In this document: positions 10,252 to 20,622 of the stretch, one piece after another
How the letters are laid out: each line of letters begins with the position of its first letter
Position numbering within the stretch: position 1 is the first letter of the stretch
Origin: an uncultured Clostridia bacterium
Lineage (GTDB): Bacteria > Bacillota > Clostridia > TANB77 > CAG-508
Length of the DNA: 64,000 nt
Assembly (NCBI GenBank): GCA_934182605.1
Contig: CAKPRQ010000005.1
Location: forward strand, 3,788-67,787
Direction of reading: 5' to 3'
Translations under genes and position numbers: made by a program
The notes under the pieces: generated by a model
The model's input: the letters and a program-made list of their open reading frames with translations, nothing else
What the model was told of the DNA's origin: nothing
Databases searched by the model: none

Positions 10252-11370
10252 TTATTGTCTCAGAATTTTTATTATTTCATTATATATTTTATCTTCTACA
10301 TTGTCAATAGAAATGCTATTAGCTAATTCTCCCATTTTTAACATTTTTTCCTTATGCAATATTATTTTTGTAATGCTACCTGATAACAAAGAATCTGTAA
10401 GTTCATTATTATATATTATTTCCGCTGCTCCTATATTTGCCAAAACTTTTGCATTATATTCCTGATGATTTTGACTTACGTATGGAAGTGGTATAAATAT
10501 TGCTGGTTTGCCTACATTTGCAATTTCTGTTATTGTCATTGCACCACTCCTTGCTATCACTAAATCACATATATTCATAATTTTTTCCATATCATATATA
10601 TATGGAACTATTTTCATATTATATACATTATTTATATCTATATTCCTTCTACTTAATTCTTCTTTAATTACTTCATATTGTTTAGGTCCCGCAGCCCACA
10701 TTATTTGATATTTTTCATTCAACCTGTTTTCTACTATTCCCAACAGACTATCATTTATAACTTTTGCACCTTGACTTCCACCAAATGCTAGTACAATAGG
10801 TAAATCTTGTTTTAAACTATATTCTTTAATTATTTTATTTTTTTCTACTTCTGTATATTCTATTTTTCTTACCTTTGTTGGATTACCAGTAACTACTACT
10901 TTCTTAGCATTATTTAATCTTGGTACTGCATCTTTAAAACCTACTAATATTGCATTACATTTTTTTGAGAGCATTTTTACCGCTTTCCCTGGGAACGCAT
11001 TACTTTCGTGTAATACTGTTGGTATTTTTAATTTATTAGATGCTATAAATACCGGTCCACATATATATCCACCAGTTCCTATTACCACATTAGGTCTAAA
11101 TTCTTCTAATATTTTTTTTGCTTGTTCTATTCCTTGATAAGTTTCTAATAAATTTTTAAAATTTTCAATATTTATTTTTTTACTAAGACCATGTGCAGTT
11201 ATTGTTCTTAATTCATATCCTGCTCTAGGGACTAAATCATTTTCTAACCCACTCGTCGTTCCAATAAATATTATTTTTGAGTCTGGTTCTTTCTCTTTTA
11301 TTTTATTTGCAATTGCTATGGCAGGATTAATATGACCTCCTGTACCAGCTGCAGAAATAACTACTCTCAC
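10252..11370 (-). CDS. murG: UDP-GlcNAc--undecaprenyl-PP-MurNAc-pentapeptide GlcNAc transferase
   Basis: 372 aa. N-terminal GGTGGH motif and a GT28 fold. It lies in the dcw-cluster context next to spoVE/ftsW. Confidence 0.85.
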   Translation of the reverse strand: MRVVISAAGTGGHINPAIAIANKIKEKEPDSKIIFIGTTSGLENDLVPRAGYELRTITAHGLSKKINIENFKNLLETYQGIEQAKKILEEFRPNVVIGTGGYICGPVFIASNKLKIPTVLHESNAFPGKAVKMLSKKCNAILVGFKDAVPRLNNAKKVVVTGNPTKVRKIEYTEVEKNKIIKEYSLKQDLPIVLAFGGSQGAKVINDSLLGIVENRLNEKYQIMWAAGPKQYEVIKEELSRRNIDINNVYNMKIVPYIYDMEKIMNICDLVIARSGAMTITEIANVGKPAIFIPLPYVSQNHQEYNAKVLANIGAAEIIYNNELTDSLLSGSITKIILHKEKMLKMGELANSISIDNVEDKIYNEIIKILRQ

Positions 11371-11387
11371 AATTTATCATCCTCTCT

Positions 11388-12557
11388 TTATACTTTATTA
11401 GTATGTCTCGATATATTTAATAAAATTCCCATTGTACATAGTAACACAAAAAGTGATGTCCCGCCATAACTAAAGAATGGTAATGCCATACCTGTTACTG
11501 GGAATACTGAAGTTACAACTCCTATATTTATTATTACTTGTATTGATATTAATGATATTATTCCTACTGCCAATAAAGTTCCAAACATATCTTTTGCGTT
11601 TATTGCTATCATTATTCCTCTCCAAATTAATACTGCAAATAATAATAATATAATTGCACACCCTATAAAGCCTAACTCTTCTGCTATTACTGCAAATATA
11701 AAGTCATTTTGTGGCTCTGATATGTATAAATATTTTTGCATACTATTTCCTAACCCTACTCCAAATAAGCCTCCTGAACCTATTGCATATAAACTTTGTA
11801 TTATTTGCCACCCTGTTACTTGAGGATCACTCCATGGATCTAAGAATGCTGTTAATCTTGCTATTCTAAACGTTCCTATATCTGCATATGTTGCTAACAG
11901 ATATAACAATGTTCCTCCTGCAGCTCCTCCTAAAAGAGCTATTATTAAGAAGTGTTTTAATTTTGCTCCTGCTACTATCATCATTATTGATATTACTGCT
12001 ACTATTACTAATGTTGCACTTAAGTGTGTTTGCAAAAACAATAATATTGCACAAGGTATTCCTAACCAAAAAAATGTTGGAATTAAACCTGTTGGAAGGT
12101 TATATGTCCTTTTATCCCACCATTTCCCTAATGTATCTTTAAATTTTACTAAATATGCTGCAAAAAATATTATTAAACCTATTTTTGCTACTTCAGAAGG
12201 CTGAAATGATGTAATACCAAATAAATTTATCCATCTTTTTGCACCTGCTACCTCATAACCTATTAAAGGTACTGCTAATAATAATAGTATTACAAAAACA
12301 TATATTGGTTTATACATTTTTTGATAAATTCTATAATCTATTTTTGAAATTATATACATTCCTGCTAATCCTAATGCAGCAAACACTAATTGCCTTTTTA
12401 CATATGAATAGCTATCTCCATCTTCTGCTAATGCAGTAGGTGAACTAGCTGACAATACCATTATTATACCCAATGATAAGAGTAATAACAATGTTACTAC
12501 AACTGTAAAATCCACATTTTTTTTCTCTTTTTCCTTTTTACTACTTGCTTTTACCAA
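11388..12557 (-). CDS. SEDS family peptidoglycan glycosyltransferase (FtsW/SpoVE)
   Basis: 389-aa polytopic membrane protein with SEDS motifs (SEPQNDFIFA, FGVGLGNS). Confidence 0.8.
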   Translation of the reverse strand: MVKASSKKEKEKKNVDFTVVVTLLLLLSLGIIMVLSASSPTALAEDGDSYSYVKRQLVFAALGLAGMYIISKIDYRIYQKMYKPIYVFVILLLLAVPLIGYEVAGAKRWINLFGITSFQPSEVAKIGLIIFFAAYLVKFKDTLGKWWDKRTYNLPTGLIPTFFWLGIPCAILLFLQTHLSATLVIVAVISIMMIVAGAKLKHFLIIALLGGAAGGTLLYLLATYADIGTFRIARLTAFLDPWSDPQVTGWQIIQSLYAIGSGGLFGVGLGNSMQKYLYISEPQNDFIFAVIAEELGFIGCAIILLLFAVLIWRGIMIAINAKDMFGTLLAVGIISLISIQVIINIGVVTSVFPVTGMALPFFSYGGTSLFVLLCTMGILLNISRHTNKV

Positions 12558-12677
12558 TAATTATTACTCTCCTTACATAATTTATTTAGGTTTTTAAAAG
12601 TCACCTATAAACTTAATTTAAAAAATGTACTATGATTGTGTATTTAAACACTATCATATAATTACTTTAAAATAATT

Positions 12678-13664
12678 TTAAATAACACATAATGCTACTA
12701 TACTCGCAATTAATGTGATTATTGCAAATATTGAAACTACCTTATTTTCTTTCCAGCCTGATAATTCAAAATGATGATGTAATGGTGCCATTTTGAATAT
12801 TCTTCTTCCTGTTTTTTTGAAATACCATACTTGCAATGTTACTGATACTGCTTCTAATACTGGTATTATTCCGACTATTAATATTATAAATGGCATTTTT
12901 AAATATATCGCCATTATTCCTATTATTCCTCCTAGTAGCAATGAACCCGTGTCTCCCATCATTACTTTTGCTGGATTTAAGTTAAATATTAAAAATCCCA
13001 AACACGCTCCTATTGCTATACTTCCAAATATTACTAATTCTTTCACATCTAATATAATTGATATTACAGTTAAACATGTTATTATAACTGTACATACAGT
13101 TGCTGCCAACCCATCTACACCATCTGTAAGATTTACTGAATTAGTTATTGCCAATAATACAAATATTACAAATGGTACATATAGAGGTAATGGCAAATCT
13201 ATATATGTTTTAAAGAATGGTACTAAAGTTTCCGTTCCTAATTTTAATACATATTGCAAATATATTACAAAAAAGACGGACATTATTAATAATCCTAACA
13301 TTTTTGCTCTAGGACTTAGCCCTTTTGTATTTTTTAATACTATTTTTTTAAAGTCATCTATTAAACCTATTAAACCAAAACCAAATGCTGTAATTATAAG
13401 AGGTATCATTGCTTTTGCAGCTTCAAGCCCCTCATCTCCCCTGCCTATATAATACATAACACCTGCTATAGAGGCAATAGTTATGGCTATCATCATAATG
13501 ATTCCACCCATTGTTGGAGTTCCTTGTTTTTTTAAATGACTTTGTGGTCCATCGTCTCTTTCCATTTGCCCAACTTTTAATTTTTTTAAAATAGGTATTA
13601 TTATTATTGATAAAATTATTGTTGCAACAAAAGAAACTAATAATATTTTTAACTGAAAATCCAC
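12678..13664 (-). CDS. mraY: phospho-N-acetylmuramoyl-pentapeptide transferase
   Basis: 328-aa polytopic protein with MraY motifs (NLTDGVDGLA, HHHFEL). Confidence 0.9.
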   Translation of the reverse strand: MDFQLKILLVSFVATIILSIIIIPILKKLKVGQMERDDGPQSHLKKQGTPTMGGIIMMIAITIASIAGVMYYIGRGDEGLEAAKAMIPLIITAFGFGLIGLIDDFKKIVLKNTKGLSPRAKMLGLLIMSVFFVIYLQYVLKLGTETLVPFFKTYIDLPLPLYVPFVIFVLLAITNSVNLTDGVDGLAATVCTVIITCLTVISIILDVKELVIFGSIAIGACLGFLIFNLNPAKVMMGDTGSLLLGGIIGIMAIYLKMPFIILIVGIIPVLEAVSVTLQVWYFKKTGRRIFKMAPLHHHFELSGWKENKVVSIFAIITLIASIVALCVI

Positions 13665-13695
13665 TTATTTTACCTCTCTTAAACTTAAATTTTTA

Positions 13696-15192
13696 CTACA
13701 TTTCTTTTAAAATATTTTTTACAATTTCTCTTTCATCAAATGGATGCTTTTCACCTTCTATTTCTTGATAAGGTTCATGTCCTTTACCAGCTAGTATAAT
13801 CACATCTCTTTTTGTTGCTATTTTTATTGCTCTTTTTATTGCTTCAATTCTATCTATAATACATTCATATTTTCCATTTGTCTTTTTTATTCCTACTTCT
13901 ATTTCTTTTACTATACTTTTGGGGTCTTCATATCTAGGGTTATCTGATGTTATTATTGTATAATCCGCTATTTTTCCTGAGATTTCTCCCATTATTGGTC
14001 TTTTTGTATTATCCCTATTTCCTCCACAACCAAATACTGATATTACTTTACCTTTTGTATATGATTTTGTAGCCTTTAATATATTTTCTAAACTTTCTGG
14101 TGAATGTGCGTAATCTATCATTATTGTTAGTCCTCTATCATTAGGTACTAATTCACTTCTTCCTGGTACTACTATTTCTAATAATCCTTCTTTGATATTG
14201 TCCACACTTGCTCCTAATTTTTGTGTAACCGCTATTGCTGCTAATGCATTGTATACACTAAATCTTCCTGATATTGCTACTTTCATTATTTCATTTTTAT
14301 TATTTAGTCTTATTTTAAAATCTACCCCTGAGTTTTGTACTGTAACATCTTTTGCAAGAAAATCTGCCGCGTTATCTATACCATAAGTTTTTACGTCTAA
14401 ATCATTCATTATTTTTTTTACTTTTATTACATTAAAATCATCTGCATTTAAGATTACATTTTTACACATAGTAAATAATTTTAATTTTGAATTATAATAA
14501 TCTTCCATATCACTGTGCTCTTTTTCACTTATATGATCTTTTGAAAAATTGGTAAATACTACTAAATCAAAATTTGAGCCTGTTACTCTGTCTAATTTTA
14601 AACTTTGTGATGATACTTCCATAACTACTGTGTCTACTTTTTCTTCTACCATTTTTGCAAATAATTTTTGTAAGTCTATACTTTCTGGAGTTGTTCTATC
14701 ATTATCTTGTATTTTTTCTTCTCCTATGTATGTTGCTATACTTCCTATTAATCCTACTTTTTGTCCTGCTTTTTCTAGGATACTTTTTATCATAAATGTT
14801 GTTGTTGTTTTACCTTTTGTTCCTGTTATTCCTATTAATTTAAATTTTCTTGATGGATTATTGTTTACATTACATGCTGATATTGCTAATGCTTTTCTTG
14901 TATTATCTGCTACTAATAATGCAACATTTTCTGGTATATTCAAGTTTTTTATGTCACATTCTTTGTCTACTATTACTGCTACTGCTCCATTTTTTATTGC
15001 TGTATCTATATAATCATGACCATCTGTTTCGAATCCCCTAATTGCAACAAATAAATCTCCTTGTTTTATTAATCTTGAATCTTTTTCTACTTTATTTATG
15101 TCTATTTCTAAGTTTCCTTTTCCTTTTAAGTTATCTATCCCATTCAAAACTTTTCTTAATTCCATAATATTTTCATTCCTTTCTTTGGGCAA
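13696..15192 (-). CDS. murE: UDP-MurNAc-L-Ala-D-Glu--2,6-diaminopimelate ligase
   Basis: 498 aa with a Mur ligase P-loop (GITGTKGKTTTT) and the DNPR motif (TSDNPRYE) characteristic of MurE. Confidence 0.85.
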   Translation of the reverse strand: MPKERNENIMELRKVLNGIDNLKGKGNLEIDINKVEKDSRLIKQGDLFVAIRGFETDGHDYIDTAIKNGAVAVIVDKECDIKNLNIPENVALLVADNTRKALAISACNVNNNPSRKFKLIGITGTKGKTTTTFMIKSILEKAGQKVGLIGSIATYIGEEKIQDNDRTTPESIDLQKLFAKMVEEKVDTVVMEVSSQSLKLDRVTGSNFDLVVFTNFSKDHISEKEHSDMEDYYNSKLKLFTMCKNVILNADDFNVIKVKKIMNDLDVKTYGIDNAADFLAKDVTVQNSGVDFKIRLNNKNEIMKVAISGRFSVYNALAAIAVTQKLGASVDNIKEGLLEIVVPGRSELVPNDRGLTIMIDYAHSPESLENILKATKSYTKGKVISVFGCGGNRDNTKRPIMGEISGKIADYTIITSDNPRYEDPKSIVKEIEVGIKKTNGKYECIIDRIEAIKRAIKIATKRDVIILAGKGHEPYQEIEGEKHPFDEREIVKNILKEM

Positions 15193-15336
15193 ATCACCTG
15201 ATTATAAATTATTATAATTAGTTTTTGTTTTTGCCTCCTTTTTCATCTATTGTATTATATACTGTTTTATAAAATTTGTATAGTGTTTTTTTGAAATTTT
15301 GTTATTTTTTAGTTACAATTCGGTAACTATTTTATA

Positions 15337-15428
15337 AAATCTTGATATATAGCTATTTTTTAGTCAAAACATAGCTAGGGCGACACAATCTGGGTCTTGA
15401 CTTGCAAATAGCTATATATCAAGATTTT
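15337..15428. repeat. Perfect 21-bp inverted repeat (aatcttgatatatagctattt) flanking a 44-bp spacer that holds a nested palindrome (agtcaa...ttgact)
   Basis: Seen directly. It lies in the murE upstream region. Confidence 0.55.
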
Positions 15429-15486
15429 GTATCAATTAAAACTTCTACTGAATTGTAACATTTTAAGTTACTACTAGTAATATTTT

Positions 15487-15512
15487 AAGCGGTGGCATAT
15501 GCCACCGCTGTT
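15487..15512. terminator. Perfect 22-nt palindrome agcggtggcatatgccaccgct immediately 3' of the FtsH-like gene
   Basis: A GC-rich hairpin in an AT-rich context. The U-tract is weak. Confidence 0.35.
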
Positions 15513-15519
15513 GCAAGTT

Positions 15520-16962
15520 CTATTTATCGTTTGTCTGATACTTTTCAAGAATTTCTGTTACTTCTTCGCTATACACCACTTCATTGTCGAGAAGCGCTTT
15601 TGTAAGAGCGTCGAGTGCATCAGAATGCCAATTAATAAGAGCCTTTGCTTTTCTATACATCTCCTTCAAAAATTTTTGAATTAAAATATCTGCTCCTTCT
15701 TCCAAAATTTCCAACTTGTAAAAATCAGATAGAAGGCAGATAGGGCCAACTTCTTCGGACATACCATATACCTTAAAGATTTGGATAGCAAGCGAAGTCG
15801 CTTGTTCCAAGTCATTTTCTACACCACTTGTTGTTTTTCCATAATAATATTCTTCACTCGCCATTCCTCCTAAACAGGTGATAATCTGGTTTTCCAAATC
15901 TTTTCTAAAAAAACTTTTTTTGGATTCATCAACTGTTTCTTGAGTAATACCTAAATACATAGAACGCGGTGTTATTTCAACTTTTGATACCTTATATGTA
16001 TCAGGTGATGAGAAATATCCTGCGATTACGTGCCCAGCTTCATGTCTAGCCGTTGCCAAGCGTTCCTTTTCATCTAATTTTTCGCTGGCATATCCAAAAG
16101 TACTTTGAGCCAATACTTCTGCAAAGTCATAATATGATACTTTTCTATTCCCCTCCTGCAAGCAATGCAACATTGCATCATATACAAGCGTTTTAATTTC
16201 ACCAGTAGTCATTTGATATGTATCAAGTGCCAACCGATGAATATTAAGATTTTCATCAATATGAACTTCTTTCAGCATTTCCCCCAATATTTGCTCACGT
16301 ACTTTTAATTCCGGAGCCTCCAATTGAATCACCTTATTAAATGCTGGTTTTTCTATCAGCAACTTAGGTATTTCAACTCCCGGCACTGATGTTGAAAGAC
16401 TTGCAAATGCCACAAGTTGTGGCATTTCTCTGAAATAGCTCAGCAATTTTTCCAAAAATGGTTGTATTACTTCTGGGGCAATTGCATTCATATATTCTAT
16501 ATCTTTCAACAGCAATATACAGTTTCCTCGTTTCTCAATGTTTGTATTTATCACATAAAAAAGATGCTCAACTCCTTTAAGAAGGTTTTCTGTATTATAG
16601 TAAAACGATGGTTCTACAGAAAAAACTGGAATTTTCGCAGCTTTTGCTATAGAAAACACCAGCGTGGATTTTCCCACACCAGTTCTTCCTACCAACAAGT
16701 ATTTGCAATATGGAAAAATGTTCTGCTTGTTGTATTCTTCGGAATTTTGCAAGAAGTTAAGCAAAAGACTTAATTCTCGCTTACATTCCTGATGCCCTAT
16801 AACGTGTTCAAAATCTATTTCAATTTCCTCCGGTAGAGTAATTTTAAAATTGTTGTTTTGTATATCTGGCCTCTTATTTCTGCTAGAAACTTTTCTCAAG
16901 TTCCGACATCCCATAACAATCTCCTTGCTATAAGTTTTTAGAGCATTATTATTATATAACAT
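15520..16962 (-). CDS. soluble FtsH-like protein: AAA domain plus M41 zinc-peptidase domain, no TM segments
   Basis: Walker A is GRTGVGKST. The Walker B position reads LLLKDIEY instead of the FtsH IIFIDEID. HEAGH zinc motif plus LGGMASEE and VGPI FtsH-like peptidase motifs are present. Confidence 0.7.
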   Translation of the reverse strand: MLYNNNALKTYSKEIVMGCRNLRKVSSRNKRPDIQNNNFKITLPEEIEIDFEHVIGHQECKRELSLLLNFLQNSEEYNKQNIFPYCKYLLVGRTGVGKSTLVFSIAKAAKIPVFSVEPSFYYNTENLLKGVEHLFYVINTNIEKRGNCILLLKDIEYMNAIAPEVIQPFLEKLLSYFREMPQLVAFASLSTSVPGVEIPKLLIEKPAFNKVIQLEAPELKVREQILGEMLKEVHIDENLNIHRLALDTYQMTTGEIKTLVYDAMLHCLQEGNRKVSYYDFAEVLAQSTFGYASEKLDEKERLATARHEAGHVIAGYFSSPDTYKVSKVEITPRSMYLGITQETVDESKKSFFRKDLENQIITCLGGMASEEYYYGKTTSGVENDLEQATSLAIQIFKVYGMSEEVGPICLLSDFYKLEILEEGADILIQKFLKEMYRKAKALINWHSDALDALTKALLDNEVVYSEEVTEILEKYQTNDK

Positions 16963-16971
16963 TATTAAAAA

Positions 16972-17862
16972 TTAGTCAACATAATTTTTATTGCCTAATA
17001 AATTATAAAATGCCCCTAATATTCCCGCATCATTTTTATGTTTTGCAAATCTTATTTCTGTATGTTTTTCTATAGGTGCTACTAAATACTTCTTTAAGGA
17101 TTTTTCTATTTTACTTTTTAAATATGCTTCTTGTTCCATTATTCCTCCACCAAGGACAACGACTTCAGGATTAACAACACAACATATATTTGCAATACCT
17201 TTACCTAGAATATCTACCATTTTATCTATATCATTGCTACATATTTCATCACCGTTTTTAGCTTCTTCAAAAACTCTCTTTCCACTCCAGTTTTCTATGT
17301 TTTCTTGTTTTTTATTAGCAACTTCTTCAAGTAATGCTCTTGTTGAAGCAATGTCTTGGAAATTTTCACCATCTATATTCATATAAGCTACCTCACCAGC
17401 ACTATTTGAAAAGCCACGTAACATTTCACCATTAATAATAATGCTACCTCCTATACCAGTTCCCACTGTTATCATGACTGCTATTTTACTACCTTTTGAC
17501 ACACCAGATATATATTCTGCAAGTCCTGCACAATTAACATCATTTTCAACTTCGCATGGTAAATTTAATTTTTCTTCTATTTCTTTCTTAAAATTTATTC
17601 CTATATAGTTTGGAATAGTTGATGAATAAAATATTTCACCCGTTTTTACATCAACCATACCAGCAGTTGAAATAGCTACTCCACTTATTTCTTCTTTATT
17701 TTTAAATTCTTTTACAATATTAATTACTTTTTCTAAAATTGTCCTTCCACCTTTATATGCTTCTGTTGCTATTTTATATTTTTCTATTATATTAGCGTTT
17801 TCGTCTATTAAAGCATATTTTATATCTGTTCCTCCTATATCAAAACTTACATATTTTCTCAT
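16972..17862 (-). CDS. ROK family sugar kinase (glucokinase-like)
   Basis: 296 aa. N-terminal DIGGTDIKYAL ATPase motif and a ROK signature region. Confidence 0.7.
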   Translation of the reverse strand: MRKYVSFDIGGTDIKYALIDENANIIEKYKIATEAYKGGRTILEKVINIVKEFKNKEEISGVAISTAGMVDVKTGEIFYSSTIPNYIGINFKKEIEEKLNLPCEVENDVNCAGLAEYISGVSKGSKIAVMITVGTGIGGSIIINGEMLRGFSNSAGEVAYMNIDGENFQDIASTRALLEEVANKKQENIENWSGKRVFEEAKNGDEICSNDIDKMVDILGKGIANICCVVNPEVVVLGGGIMEQEAYLKSKIEKSLKKYLVAPIEKHTEIRFAKHKNDAGILGAFYNLLGNKNYVD

Positions 17863-17899
17863 AAATTTAAATCCTTTCTCAATTAATTATTTTTAGAGC

Positions 17900-17931
17900 A
17901 AACGGCCTTATCAAATAAGATACGGCCGTTT
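17900..17931. terminator. Hairpin aaacggcc / ggccgttt with a 16-nt loop
   Basis: 8-bp GC-rich stem followed by T residues on the plus strand. Confidence 0.4.
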
Positions 17932-17943
17932 TGATAGTTTTAG

Positions 17944-18255
17944 TTAACAATTAAAAGTTTCCTCACCAATAGAATCAAAATAATCTTCTCCAATATAAAT
18001 ATAAAATTTATATCCTATATGGAAGTAATCATCATACCTCACTTTGAAATTATACCTAGGTTCACTAGCAATTTGCTGTAAGGCCAAAAGCAAATAATTA
18101 GGTTTCCCTATCACCACTTTTGTAAATTGAATTCTTGCAGGATTTTCTTGAAAGAAACAATAGGCCTCTTCCAAAATTTTTCTTGCCTCGGGCAGTTGTT
18201 CGTTAATCTTGGACGCTTCATGATTTTTAGGAAAATTTTTAGATTCTTCGTTCAT
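17944..18255 (-). CDS. hypothetical protein
   Basis: 103-aa ORF in an intergenic position; no recognisable motif. Confidence 0.4.
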   Translation of the reverse strand: MNEESKNFPKNHEASKINEQLPEARKILEEAYCFFQENPARIQFTKVVIGKPNYLLLALQQIASEPRYNFKVRYDDYFHIGYKFYIYIGEDYFDSIGEETFNC

Positions 18256-18559
18256 AAAACTATCCCTCTGTTAAATTGTTTAAAATGAATATATATATTA
18301 TAACTCTATTTTACATAAAGCGCAATATTTTTTTATCTTTTATAATCATTCCAGATTATACACCATTAGGAGGGGAGAAGATTGGTCTTATCGACCCTGC
18401 AGACACTCCTTACAAAATTATGTGGTTGGCACTGATTGCTTACTGTACTATTAAAAGCAATAGATAACCGACTCTAATGGCAATTATTAAGAGGTCCTAA
18501 GTTAGGCTCTCTCTTTTATGTTTCAAATTTGAATAAAAATACTAGAGCCCTCCTCCACC

Positions 18560-20527
18560 TTAATTCCGTGGTTTTGGAGATTGTTCTTTTATTATAGTAC
18601 TTTTATAATCTAATGCTCTAAATTCCTCATCACTCATTCCTTCTATTTTTAAATCTAAATTTAAATCTTTTATATTTTCTTTTGCTTCTTTTATTGATAA
18701 GCCTCTTATTTCCGGTACTGTTACTATTTCCTTTACATCTTCTTCATCAACTTCACCTGTTTTTGATACTTCTAAATATGGTAATACTTCTGATAATATT
18801 TTTCCTACTAATGGTGAACCTATACCTCCTCCTTGATGTCCTCCTTCTCCTGTTGGATTATATAATGTTGCTAATATTACTACTTCTGGGTCCTCTATCG
18901 GTGCTACACCCATAAATGAAGCTATGAATTTATTTGTATTTACGCCATCTTCAGATGTTCCTGTTTTTCCCCCTACTCTGTAGCCTAAGACTGTTGCACC
19001 TTTTCCAGTTCCTTCTGCTACTACAGATTCCATCATACTTAAAACACTATTTGCTGTTTCTTCTGATATTACTCTTCCTGTTTCTTCTACTGGTATTTCT
19101 TGTATTTCTCCGGTCTCTGAATCACGTATTTCTTTTACTATTCTAGGTTTTACTTCTATTCCTTTATTTGCTATTACACTTACCATTCTTACCATTTGTA
19201 TTGGGGTAACTTCAAACCTTTGACCAAATGCTATTGTTGCTAGTTCTACTGGTCCAACTTTTTCTTTTTTTAAGAATATACTCGCTGCTTCTCCATACAA
19301 ATCTATTCCTGTTCTTTCTAACATTCCAAATTTTTCTAAATATTCATAATATTTTTCTACTCCTAATGTTTGACCTAATCCTATAAATACTGGGTTACAT
19401 GAGTTCATTAATGCTTCCCTTAAACTTTGTGAGCCATGTGGTCTGTAATATCTCCAACATCTTATACGAACTCCTGCTACTTCTATTGAACCACTACAAT
19501 TATATTGATTTGCTTTATCTGGTTCTGCTATACCTTCTTCTATTGCGGCTGAAGCTGTAAGTAATTTAAATACAGAACCAGGTTCGTATGTATCTGCAAT
19601 TGCTTTATTTCTCCATACTTTTTGTAATTCTGCTGTTTGTTCACTATTTGATAAGCTATCCCATACTGCTTTTAATTCATCAGTATATGCTTCATAAGGT
19701 TCATTTAAATTATAATTTGGATATCCTGCCATTGCTAATATATCCCCTGTTTTAGGATTCATTATTATTACGTTTCCACCATCTGTACAGTTATTATCTA
19801 TACATGCATTTCTTAAATATTTTTCTGCAATAGACTGTATTGTCATATCGATTGTTAACACTATATCTTTACCATCTACAGCTTCTACATAACTTTCTGA
19901 TTCATTATTAGATTTTCCACCTGTTGCATCTATTACTTTTTCTATTTTCCCATATTCTCCTTTTAATGTTGAATCATACCTTGCTTCTATACCATCTAAC
20001 CCTTGATTATCGCTACCACAAAAACCTATTACTTGTGAGGCTAAATTTCCAAAAGGATAATATCTTTTTGTATCTTCATCTATATTTATACCATGATCTA
20101 TATTATTTTCTATTAACCATGCTCTTAACTCATCTGTTTTTTCCTTATCAACTTTTTTTATAATTGTTTCTATGGAGGTTCTTTTCTTTACCTTTTTTAA
20201 AACAGTCTCATAATCTAATTCAAATATTTCTGATAATGCTTTGGCAACTTTTTCTTTATCTTCTCCTTTGATTGTTGTTGGATTTACTGAAACTGTCTCT
20301 ACACTAGAACTTATTGCCAAGACCGTTTCCCCTGTCGCATCATATATTGTCCCTCTTTTAGGATTTATTTTTCTATCTAAAGTCTGTTGATTATATGCCA
20401 TTGCTTGTAATTCTTCACCATTTACAAATTGTATCCAACCTATTCTAAATATTAATAGAAGTATTATTATCAAGAAAAATATTAAAAAGTTTCTTATTAC
20501 TTTTCTTGTTTTTAAACCTGCTTTCAT
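18560..20527 (-). CDS. class B penicillin-binding protein (SpoVD/FtsI-type) with a C-terminal PASTA domain
   Basis: 655 aa with an N-terminal TM helix. Transpeptidase motifs SVFK, SCN and KTGT are present, and a PASTA domain closes the protein. Confidence 0.85.
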   Translation of the reverse strand: MKAGLKTRKVIRNFLIFFLIIILLLIFRIGWIQFVNGEELQAMAYNQQTLDRKINPKRGTIYDATGETVLAISSSVETVSVNPTTIKGEDKEKVAKALSEIFELDYETVLKKVKKRTSIETIIKKVDKEKTDELRAWLIENNIDHGINIDEDTKRYYPFGNLASQVIGFCGSDNQGLDGIEARYDSTLKGEYGKIEKVIDATGGKSNNESESYVEAVDGKDIVLTIDMTIQSIAEKYLRNACIDNNCTDGGNVIIMNPKTGDILAMAGYPNYNLNEPYEAYTDELKAVWDSLSNSEQTAELQKVWRNKAIADTYEPGSVFKLLTASAAIEEGIAEPDKANQYNCSGSIEVAGVRIRCWRYYRPHGSQSLREALMNSCNPVFIGLGQTLGVEKYYEYLEKFGMLERTGIDLYGEAASIFLKKEKVGPVELATIAFGQRFEVTPIQMVRMVSVIANKGIEVKPRIVKEIRDSETGEIQEIPVEETGRVISEETANSVLSMMESVVAEGTGKGATVLGYRVGGKTGTSEDGVNTNKFIASFMGVAPIEDPEVVILATLYNPTGEGGHQGGGIGSPLVGKILSEVLPYLEVSKTGEVDEEDVKEIVTVPEIRGLSIKEAKENIKDLNLDLKIEGMSDEEFRALDYKSTIIKEQSPKPRN

Positions 20528-20622
20528 TACATTCTACCCCCATTAATATATATGTTAGAATTAAGAAAAAAATATATAATTATGAAAAAAAATCCTGCAT
20601 TTTTAATGCAAGATTTTTTGTT

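Noticed and set aside
12793-13452. 219-aa plus-strand ORF antisense to mraY
   Set aside because: MraY motifs on the minus strand are unambiguous. The plus-strand product has no recognisable domain and is an AT-rich antisense artefact.
14549-15013. 154-aa plus-strand ORF antisense to murE
   Set aside because: Same reasoning: murE on the minus strand has a Mur ligase P-loop and DNPR motif.
18276-18467. 63-aa plus-strand ORF and a GC-richer patch (18340-18520) between the hypothetical gene and spoVD; considered as an sRNA, riboswitch or T-box
   Set aside because: There is no RBS for the ORF. No recognisable riboswitch or T-box consensus (for example AGGGTGGNACCGCG) and no clean terminator hairpin were found. 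It is left as unassigned intergenic sequence.
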